Below, in pieces: positions 7,190 to 13,703 of a stretch of DNA of 13,703 nt. This DNA comes from Candidatus Diapherotrites archaeon CG10_big_fil_rev_8_21_14_0_10_31_34 (GTDB lineage: Archaea; Iainarchaeota; Iainarchaeia; Iainarchaeales; 1-14-0-10-31-34). Each line of letters begins with the position of its first letter. Position 1 is the first letter of the stretch. The notes beneath the pieces were generated by a model. The model was not told the DNA's origin, did not search any database, and saw nothing but the letters and a program-made list of their open reading frames with translations. Where the stretch lies: the NCBI GenBank assembly GCA_002763225.1, contig PFAI01000045.1:1-13703 (forward strand). The letters are read 5' to 3'. The position numbers and the translations under genes are program-made.

Positions 7190-7287
7190 CAAAAAAAGAA
7201 AAACAAAAAAAATAAAACAATTAAATACAATTAATTCAAGTTAAATTGTTTTCTTTTCCCTTTCTTTTATTTATTTGTTTTTTTTTG
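7190..7287 (+). terminator. Long imperfect A-rich/T-rich fold-back between dnaK and dnaJ (possible partial terminator)
   Basis: AAAACAATT (7214-7222) pairs with AATTGTTTT (7244-7252); flanked by an A-rich arm and a long pyrimidine/T-rich arm. Confidence 0.4.
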
Positions 7288-7295
7288 GTGATTGA

Positions 7296-8444
7296 TTGAG
7301 CGAAAAAAGAGATTATTATGAAATATTAGGTTTGCATAAAGGCGCATCAGAACAAGAAATTAAATCTGCTTACAAAAGATTAGCAAAAAAATTTCATCCA
7401 GATATTTCTAAAGAAGAACATGCAGAAGAAAAATTCAAGGAAGTATTAGAAGCTTATTCTGTTTTAATTGACCCGCAAAAAAAACAAAATTATGACCAGT
7501 TTGGTCATGCAGCAGAAGGGTTTCAGGGATTTCAAGGATTTAGTTCAGAAGGGTTTTCAGGATTTGATTTTTCCGGAAAAGGAACAGGATTTGATTTTGA
7601 CGACTTATTTAATTCTTTTGGGTTTGGAGATGTTTTTGGTTCAAGAGCCAAACAAAAAAGAAGGCCAAGAAAAGGAGTTGACTTAAGATTTGATTTAAAT
7701 ATCGGGTTTGAAGAAGCTGTTTTTGGAATAAAAAAAGAAATTGAATTAGACAGAGTTGAAAGCTGTGATAAATGCAGTGGAACCGGCTCAGAAGAAAAAG
7801 ACGGATTAGTTAATTGCAGTCAATGCAATGGAACAGGAATGCAGACCAGCGCACAAAGAACTCCTTTTGGAACTTTTACTACTCAAACAACTTGCAGGAA
7901 ATGCAGAGGAGAAGGAAAAACAGTTAAAAATCCCTGCACTAAATGCAATGGGAATGGAAGAATAAAAAAAGGCAGGAAAATAATGGTTCAGATTCCGGAA
8001 GGAATACAAAACGGGGCATACTTGAGATTAGCCGGAGAAGGAAATGCAGGAGAAAGGGATGCAGGAAACGGAGACTTATATGTAGTTATTTTTATTGAAC
8101 CGCATGAATTCTTTAAAAGAGATGAAGCAGATGTTTACGGAGAAGTGCCAATCAATTTTTCTGTTGCAGCTTTAGGAGGAGAAATTGAAGTTCCGACTTT
8201 AAAAGGAAAAGCTGAATTAAAGATTCCTTCAGGAACTCAAACAGGAACAATTTTCAGATTAAAAGACAAAGGAATAAAAGACATTGAAAACGGAGGCTAT
8301 GGAGACGAATACATTAAAGTCATTGTAAGAACCCCAGAAAAAATGTCAAAAAAACAAAAAGAAGTATTTGAAGAACTAAGAGAAATAGAAGGAAAAACAG
8401 AAAACGGGTTATTCAAGAAATTCAAAAAAATACTGAAAAAATAA
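7296..8444 (+). CDS. dnaJ: Chaperone DnaJ (class A)
   Basis: J domain with HPD, G/F-rich region, four CxxCxGxG repeats, C-terminal domain; GGTGAT RBS then TTG start. Confidence 0.98.
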   Translation: MSEKRDYYEILGLHKGASEQEIKSAYKRLAKKFHPDISKEEHAEEKFKEVLEAYSVLIDPQKKQNYDQFGHAAEGFQGFQGFSSEGFSGFDFSGKGTGFDFDDLFNSFGFGDVFGSRAKQKRRPRKGVDLRFDLNIGFEEAVFGIKKEIELDRVESCDKCSGTGSEEKDGLVNCSQCNGTGMQTSAQRTPFGTFTTQTTCRKCRGEGKTVKNPCTKCNGNGRIKKGRKIMVQIPEGIQNGAYLRLAGEGNAGERDAGNGDLYVVIFIEPHEFFKRDEADVYGEVPINFSVAALGGEIEVPTLKGKAELKIPSGTQTGTIFRLKDKGIKDIENGGYGDEYIKVIVRTPEKMSKKQKEVFEELREIEGKTENGLFKKFKKILKK

Positions 8445-8454
8445 ATAATAAAAA

Positions 8455-9084
8455 TTATTTTTTACTTGTTCGACCTACTTTAAAAGAATTAATTGTTCCT
8501 TGCATATCTTGAATTAAAACATTCCATTGGCTTGAGTAAAATTTGGTTTTATTAACTGAATTTATAATTTTTAGTATTTTTTCTTTTTGTTCCGGACTTG
8601 CAATAAAAAGCAAATGTTCTGCTGCCATTAATTTAATTTCTTCTTTTGGATATTCTTTAATTAGTTTAATTAAAGAAAGAGCATCAATTGAGTTTTTTGC
8701 CTGGTAAATTACTTGTTCTGCAAGAGTGTCTTTCAAAAAAGATTCTTTTTTTGCTTCTTTTAAAGCTAAATTAGCTACTATTCTAAAAGAACCTGAAAGC
8801 CTCATTTTTAATACTGCTTCAGCTGCAGCAAGCCTTAATCTATGGTCTTTTTCTGAAGCCAGAAGAAAAAACAATGACTGAAAAAAACGCTTTTTAACTG
8901 CAAAGCTTTTAGTTGTTTTAATTAAATTAATTACTTTTAGTCTTTCTTTTATTGGAGCAATAGGATTATCAAGAGTTTTTTTTGCATGAATTAGTTCTTG
9001 GATTGCAGTATTACGATTTGTATAATGTGATGCTTTTCTAATACCCCTAATTTTTCTGACAGACTTAATTTTGTTTCCAGGCAT
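8455..9084 (-). CDS. Hypothetical basic helical protein, possible HEAT-like repeats
   Basis: EKDHRLRLAAAEAVLKM and PKEEIKLMAAEHLL resemble HEAT/PBS motifs; K/R-rich N-terminus; AT-rich TATA-like box about 25 nt upstream. Confidence 0.65.
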   Translation of the reverse strand: MPGNKIKSVRKIRGIRKASHYTNRNTAIQELIHAKKTLDNPIAPIKERLKVINLIKTTKSFAVKKRFFQSLFFLLASEKDHRLRLAAAEAVLKMRLSGSFRIVANLALKEAKKESFLKDTLAEQVIYQAKNSIDALSLIKLIKEYPKEEIKLMAAEHLLFIASPEQKEKILKIINSVNKTKFYSSQWNVLIQDMQGTINSFKVGRTSKK

Positions 9085-9164
9085 ATAACAATTAGAGAAT
9101 TGCTTTTTAATAAACTTAACTTTTTTTAAATAAGATTAAATAATTCAAAAACAATCAGTATAAC

Positions 9165-9746
9165 ATGATTCCAAAAAATTTACGAATAAAGTTTTGGATT
9201 GCATTTATTTTGTTTGCATTAATAATAATTTTAACTTATTTTTTGCTGTTAGATGAAAGACCTTTGTATAACACTTTGACAGCAAGAATTTATTTTATTT
9301 TAATGATTACTTCAATGACTGTTTTTGTTTTGCTTTTAGAAAATTTTGTTAACTGGAATAAAAGCAAACCAAAAGAGTTAACTGAAAGATTTAAGCAAAT
9401 AACTTTCTTGTTTTCAATTCCATTCTTGTTTTTGGTTTTAACTGACTGGGGCTATACTTTTTTTCTTGTAATGATAATGGGAATTCCATTAGGGTTATCA
9501 ATAGTTGAAGATACTCCAATATTTCATTATATTAAATTAACTAAAAAAAAGGTTTTGCTTTCAGGAATAATTTTTGTTTCATTGTATTTTATTGCAAACC
9601 AAATTTATTTAATTCAGTTCTTTGAAAAAGAAACTGTTTACATTCTTTTAATCAGCCACATGATTTCAAGCATTACAGCAAACTTTTATTCCAGAATACA
9701 GGAGATTAGAAAAAAGCTTAAAAAGAAGAAAAAATACTATATTTGA
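9165..9746 (+). CDS. Hypothetical multi-pass membrane protein
   Basis: About 5-6 hydrophobic segments and a poly-Lys C-terminal tail. Confidence 0.7.
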   Translation: MIPKNLRIKFWIAFILFALIIILTYFLLLDERPLYNTLTARIYFILMITSMTVFVLLLENFVNWNKSKPKELTERFKQITFLFSIPFLFLVLTDWGYTFFLVMIMGIPLGLSIVEDTPIFHYIKLTKKKVLLSGIIFVSLYFIANQIYLIQFFEKETVYILLISHMISSITANFYSRIQEIRKKLKKKKKYYI

Positions 9747-9754
9747 GTGAAAAA

Positions 9755-10279
9755 ATGAATAACAAAAGTAAATTGTTGTTAGTGTTGCTTGCTGCATTAA
9801 TCTTGTTTTATTTTGTTTATGTTGAACATGCATTTGATACTGTTTCTTTTGAAAAAGGAATGGAAAAAATAAAAGGTTTAGACAAAGAGTTTACAGGAGA
9901 TTATTTGATTCCATTGCAATCAGAAGAACTCAAAGAATATAATATCGGGTTAACTAATTTAGAAAAAGAATTCAGCGAAAAAAACCAGAATAATGATGCA
10001 AAAGCATTAATACTGTTAGTTAAAACAAGAAAAGAACTGGTTTTGATGCAGTTAAAATTAATTGAAGTGCAGGAAGCAGTCAGTTGTCAGGGGCAAGTTG
10101 AAGCAATGGATTCAGTTATTAGTTCAGCTGAATCAGCAAGAAATTCAATTCAAGAATATGCAGATAAATACTCTTCTTTTGCAGAAAAAACAACAGAATG
10201 GAATGAAAATGTATTAGATACTACTTCTTCAGTGATTTTGTCTTTCAGGGAACTAAAAGATGAAAAAGGAAGTTGTTAA
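9755..10279 (+). CDS. Hypothetical membrane-anchored helical protein (alternative start TTG 9743)
   Basis: GAGTGA RBS before ATG 9755; single N-terminal TM/signal segment followed by a helical E/K-rich domain with two Cys. Confidence 0.7.
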   Translation: MNNKSKLLLVLLAALILFYFVYVEHAFDTVSFEKGMEKIKGLDKEFTGDYLIPLQSEELKEYNIGLTNLEKEFSEKNQNNDAKALILLVKTRKELVLMQLKLIEVQEAVSCQGQVEAMDSVISSAESARNSIQEYADKYSSFAEKTTEWNENVLDTTSSVILSFRELKDEKGSC

Positions 10280-10304
10280 AAAAATTCTTTTAGTTAATTA
10301 ATTA

Positions 10305-10907
10305 ATGAAAAAACTTATTTTTGAGGGAGCAGAAGCAAAAACTTTTTTGACTGAATTTTTTGGAGGAAAAGCAATAGAAAAAAACAGGACGCCAAAAAAA
10401 TACAGAACAAAAAAATTAGATGACAAAATCAGAAAAAACAGAACAAGAGATGAAGTAAATCTTTTGCATAAAGCAAAACTAGCAGGAATAAGAACTCCTG
10501 TTTTATTTGAAGTAAACAAAGAAAAAGGAATTATTTTAATGGAATTTATTAAAGAAAAAAAAATGAAAGAAAAAATAAATAAAATGAACAAAAAAGATTT
10601 TGAATTACTTGGAAAAGAAATTTCACTGCTTCATGAAAACCAGATTGTGCACGGAGATTTAACAACCAATAATATTTTGTTTGGAGAAAAAAAGTTTTAT
10701 TTCATTGATTTTGGATTAGGGTTTAACTCAAATAAAGCAGAGGATTTTGCAGTTGACTTGCTTGGATTTAAGAGAACTTTTTTATCCGGTTATCCAGAGA
10801 AAAAAAAAGAATGGAATTGGATTGAAAAAGGATACCAAAAAAGCGTTAAATTCAAAGAAGTTATTAACCGGATTAAAGCAGTGGAAAAAAGAGGAAGATA
10901 TTTATAG
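10305..10907 (+). CDS. bud32: KEOPS complex kinase/ATPase Bud32
   Basis: GAEA, KNRTPKKYR, HGDLTTNN, IDFGL, C-terminal KRGRY. Confidence 0.92.
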   Translation: MKKLIFEGAEAKTFLTEFFGGKAIEKNRTPKKYRTKKLDDKIRKNRTRDEVNLLHKAKLAGIRTPVLFEVNKEKGIILMEFIKEKKMKEKINKMNKKDFELLGKEISLLHENQIVHGDLTTNNILFGEKKFYFIDFGLGFNSNKAEDFAVDLLGFKRTFLSGYPEKKKEWNWIEKGYQKSVKFKEVINRIKAVEKRGRYL

Positions 10908-10946
10908 CCAAACAAGGAGAAAAAAAGCTATAAAAACCTAATGTTT

Positions 10947-11005
10947 CACAAAATAATGAATACAAGCATTTGATTTAATGCTATTTTTAATGCAATTATT
11001 TTGTG
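10947..11005 (+). promoter_or_regulatory. Nested stem-loop upstream of rps15 (candidate ribosomal protein leader, terminator or operator)
   Basis: CACAAAATAAT (10947-57) with ATTATTTTGTG (10995-11005) is a perfect 11-bp stem; inner stem AGCATT (10965-70) with AATGCT (10977-82). Confidence 0.45.
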
Positions 11006-11040
11006 TTTATTAAAATTATAAAGTATAGGAGTAGATTTTT

Positions 11041-11496
11041 TTGGCTAGAATGCATGGAAAAAGCAAAGGAAAAAGCGGTTCAACGAGACCATCAAAAAAA
11101 GTTCATCCTGAATGGGTTGACTTAAAACCAAAAGAAATAGAAGAAAAAGTAATTGAGTTAGCTCATAAAGGGTTAACTGCTTCAGAAATTGGAACAATTT
11201 TAAGAGACCAATATGCTGTTCCATCAGTTAAAACCGCAACCAAAAAAAAGATTGAAAAAATAATTAGTGGCTCAGGATTAAAAACTGATTTTCCAAGAGA
11301 ATTACTGAATTTAATCAGAAAATCAGTTAAAGAAAAAAAACATTATAACAGCAATAAACACGATAAAACTGCTTTAAGAGGCTATCAATTAACTGTTTCA
11401 AAGATTAGAAGACTGACAAAATATTATTCAAATAAAAAACTGATTCCAGAAGGCTGGAGATATTCAGAAGAAAAAGCAGAACTATTGGTGAAATAG
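11041..11496 (+). CDS. rps15: 30S ribosomal protein uS15 (archaeal S15/S13e type)
   Basis: MARMH..KGKSGS, EIGTILRDQY, SKIRRLTKYY, PEGWRY; AGGAG RBS and TTG start. Confidence 0.97.
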   Translation: MARMHGKSKGKSGSTRPSKKVHPEWVDLKPKEIEEKVIELAHKGLTASEIGTILRDQYAVPSVKTATKKKIEKIISGSGLKTDFPRELLNLIRKSVKEKKHYNSNKHDKTALRGYQLTVSKIRRLTKYYSNKKLIPEGWRYSEEKAELLVK

Positions 11497-11609
11497 TGAA
11501 TTATTCAATTAAAATCAAAGCAAAAAACTATAAAAAAGAAGAAAAAGGAAAAGGACTAAAAAAATTACTGGAAACAGGAGAAAAAATGATTCAGGAAATG
11601 CAAGGATGA
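11496..11609 (+). CDS. Unannotated 37-aa protein in the Pcc1 syntenic position
   Basis: GTG overlaps the rps15 TAG; GGTGAA-ATA-GTG RBS; MNYSIKIKAKNYKKEEKGKGLKKLLETGEKMIQEMQG*; stop lies 4 nt before the rps3ae ATG. Confidence 0.6.
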   Translation: MNYSIKIKAKNYKKEEKGKGLKKLLETGEKMIQEMQG

Positions 11610-11613
11610 TATT

Positions 11614-12234
11614 ATGGCAAAAAAAGAACAAAAAACAGAAAAACCAAAAATAAGAAAAACTGATACAAGAAGGACAACCGACAAATGGAAGAAAAAAAAA
11701 TGGTTTACTATTTTTGCACCAAAACTATTTGACCAGAAAGAAGTAGGAGAAACAGTTGCAGAAAAACCTGAAACATTAATTGGAAGAATAATAAAAGTTA
11801 ATGCAAGAGAATTAACCGGAAACCCAAAAAAACAGCATATAACTTTGTTTTTTAAAATAAAAGATGTTCAAGGACTAAAAGCTTTTACTAAATTAACAGG
11901 CCACGAAATTAACTCAAATTTTTTGAAGAGAGTTATCAGAAGAAGAATAAGCAAAATGGAAACAAACCAAGTAGTTCAGTTAAAAGAAGGAGAAAAAGCA
12001 AGAGTTAAAACAATTGTTATTACAGGAAAAAAATTAACTAAACTAAAAGAAACAGCAGTAAGAAAAATAATGGTGGAAAAAATTGATTATGCTTCAAAGA
12101 AAAGAGACTTTGATGATTTTGTAAATGAAATGGTTTTTGGAAACATTGCAATAAAAATCCAGAATGACGCAAAAAAAATCGGAGTAATCAGAAGAGTTGA
12201 AGTAATCAAAACAAAGTTAATTGAAGGTAAATAA
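11614..12234 (+). CDS. rps3ae: 30S ribosomal protein eS1 (S3Ae)
   Basis: DKWKKKKWFTIFAP, EVGETVA, LIGRII, RRRISK, IRRVEVIK. Confidence 0.95.
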   Translation: MAKKEQKTEKPKIRKTDTRRTTDKWKKKKWFTIFAPKLFDQKEVGETVAEKPETLIGRIIKVNARELTGNPKKQHITLFFKIKDVQGLKAFTKLTGHEINSNFLKRVIRRRISKMETNQVVQLKEGEKARVKTIVITGKKLTKLKETAVRKIMVEKIDYASKKRDFDDFVNEMVFGNIAIKIQNDAKKIGVIRRVEVIKTKLIEGK

Positions 12235-12236
12235 AA

Positions 12237-12923
12237 GTGTTAAGCTTCAGCGAAATACTAATTATATTAATTGTAATGGCTTTCTTTATTTTTATTTCAG
12301 TTAAAAAAAAAAGCTTTGACAGAAAAGGAATTTTAATTGGAATACTAATTGGTTTAATTACAATTTTTTTAGGGCAGTTAAATGTAGTTGGCGGTTTAAC
12401 GGCTTTTTTGTTTATTGCATACTTTTTCTTTATCGGAGAACTAGGCACAAGATATAGAGTTAAAAAAACATTAAAAGAACATGAAAAAAGATCTACAGGA
12501 AATGTATTAGGGAATTCTCTTGCAGCAGTAATTGCTTTAGCACTAAATTTTCCAATAGGGTTTTTTGCTGGAATTTCAGCTGCATTAGCTGATACATTAA
12601 GCTCTGAAGTCGGAATGCTTTCAACAAAAAAGCCTTTACTTATAACTACTTTCAAGGAAGTTGAAACAGGAACAGACGGAGGAATAACTGTTTTAGGATG
12701 TATTTCTGCTTTAATTGGAGCAGGATTAATTGCTTCAATGCATTATTTATTGTATTCAAGCGTGTTTTTTGCCGGAATAATTCTTTTAGCAGGATTAATC
12801 GGAACATTTATTGACAGCATTTTAGGAGCATTATTTGAAAGAAAAGGAAAGCTTTCAAACACTTATGTCAACTTGATTTCAACTCTAATTGCAGTGGTTT
12901 TTGCAGTAATAGTCACTTTATAA
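12237..12923 (+). CDS. DUF92 (TMEM19-family) membrane protein
   Basis: RSTGNVLGN, ALADTLSSEVG, GTDGGITVLG, DSILGA, NTYVN motifs; multi-TM. Confidence 0.88.
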   Translation: MLSFSEILIILIVMAFFIFISVKKKSFDRKGILIGILIGLITIFLGQLNVVGGLTAFLFIAYFFFIGELGTRYRVKKTLKEHEKRSTGNVLGNSLAAVIALALNFPIGFFAGISAALADTLSSEVGMLSTKKPLLITTFKEVETGTDGGITVLGCISALIGAGLIASMHYLLYSSVFFAGIILLAGLIGTFIDSILGALFERKGKLSNTYVNLISTLIAVVFAVIVTL

Positions 12924-12927
12924 AAAA

Positions 12928-13548
12928 TTATTTTACTACAATTATTTGATAAATTGGAATCTTTTTATGCTCTTTAAACCAAAAAGTCCTATTAAGCTCG
13001 CTTCCAGAAAGCTCATACATTACCGCCTTTTTTTCTTGAAACCCGGCTTTTTTTAATGCTTCAAGAACATTTAAAACAACACTTCCAGTTACAGCAAGCT
13101 GTAATTTTCCATTTGGTTTGAGTTTTTTAAAAGCAGTATTAATTGTAGTTTTAGTATACCTTTTAAAATTTCCTTGCCCAGCATTAGTTGTTTCAGTAGT
13201 TTTTGAATCATAATAACCTAAAGCTAATTCAGAACTAATTATATCAACTGAATTATCTTTTAATTTTCTTAATCCGGCATTAAAAGTTGTTTTCATTTGC
13301 TGCCAGTTATTTCTTTTAGATTTAAGAGAAAGAAAAGAAGAATCAATTCCAATAAATTTGGTTTCAGGAAATCTACTTGAATAAGAATCTGTTTTAGCTG
13401 CAAAACCAGAAGAACTTATATCCCCTACATTTCCTAAATGCACTACAACTCTTTCAGGTTTCTTGTAATTTGCTATGCTCTTTAAAGCAGCTATTTCTCT
13501 TTTTAAAGTCGGTTTAAGAACTCTTCTAGCTTGCTTAAATTTTTTCAT
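12928..13548 (-). CDS. Degenerate class I SAM-dependent methyltransferase-fold protein
   Basis: VVVHLG (motif I-like), KFIGID, LKDNSVDII, KKLKPNGKL; basic N-terminal extension. Confidence 0.65.
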   Translation of the reverse strand: MKKFKQARRVLKPTLKREIAALKSIANYKKPERVVVHLGNVGDISSSGFAAKTDSYSSRFPETKFIGIDSSFLSLKSKRNNWQQMKTTFNAGLRKLKDNSVDIISSELALGYYDSKTTETTNAGQGNFKRYTKTTINTAFKKLKPNGKLQLAVTGSVVLNVLEALKKAGFQEKKAVMYELSGSELNRTFWFKEHKKIPIYQIIVVK

Positions 13549-13587
13549 AAAAGAATTAGGGAATAGAAATATTTAATTAAATGCTTT

Positions 13588-13703
13588 TTATTTTGCCTGT
13601 AAACTTACTTCTGGTTGATTTGCTTTTACAGCAGAAATAAATCCTGTTCCAAAAGAATAACCTGTTTTAGCCATTAAAGAAAGCAAATCTGTTTCAGGCT
13701 GAG
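13588..13703 (-). CDS. 3' end of a hypothetical protein continuing beyond the window
   Basis: Open frame ...QPETDLLSLMAKTGYSFGTGFISAVKANQPEVSLQAK* ending in TAA at 13590..13588. Confidence 0.55.
   Translation of the reverse strand, partial: QPETDLLSLMAKTGYSFGTGFISAVKANQPEVSLQAK

Noticed and set aside
7468..8009. Alternative-frame ORFs and short GGxTTTCAx repeats in dnaJ
   Set aside because: Shadows; the repeats encode the normal G/F-rich region and are not a CRISPR array.
10298..10941. ORFs overlapping bud32
   Set aside because: Off-frame or antisense to a well-supported gene.
12206..12655. 149-aa minus-strand ORF
   Set aside because: Shadow of DUF92.
1..13703. Stop-codon reassignment, tRNA, rRNA, CRISPR, IS elements
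   Set aside because: TAA, TAG and TGA all end full-length conserved genes; no cloverleaf, repeat-spacer array or transposase recognised.

Overview
AT-rich archaeal genomic window, most likely from a DPANN lineage. The archaeal call rests on archaeal-type uS15, eS1 (rps3ae), Bud32, TATA boxes and GGTGAT-type ribosome-binding sites; Iainarchaeota/Diapherotrites-like is a guess. Contents in order: a CPHC thioredoxin-fold lipoprotein, a minimal SWIB-like protein, a LysW-like zinc ribbon lacking the EDWGE tail, small membrane proteins, an HExxH membrane metalloprotease, tryptophanase, a winged-HTH regulator divergent from grpE-[44-aa ORF]-dnaK-dnaJ, three orphans, bud32, rps15-[37-aa ORF]-rps3ae, DUF92, a degenerate methyltransferase and a partial CDS. 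No rRNA, tRNA, CRISPR array or mobile element was seen. Best leads: (1) a candidate heat-shock module made of the regulator, an inverted-repeat operator and an acidic micro-protein; (2) a micro-ORF in the Pcc1 syntenic slot; (3) a structured region upstream of rps15; (4) a probable ATC start codon; (5) the half-SWIB and LysW-like proteins. All family calls come from motif recognition by eye, with no database searches.
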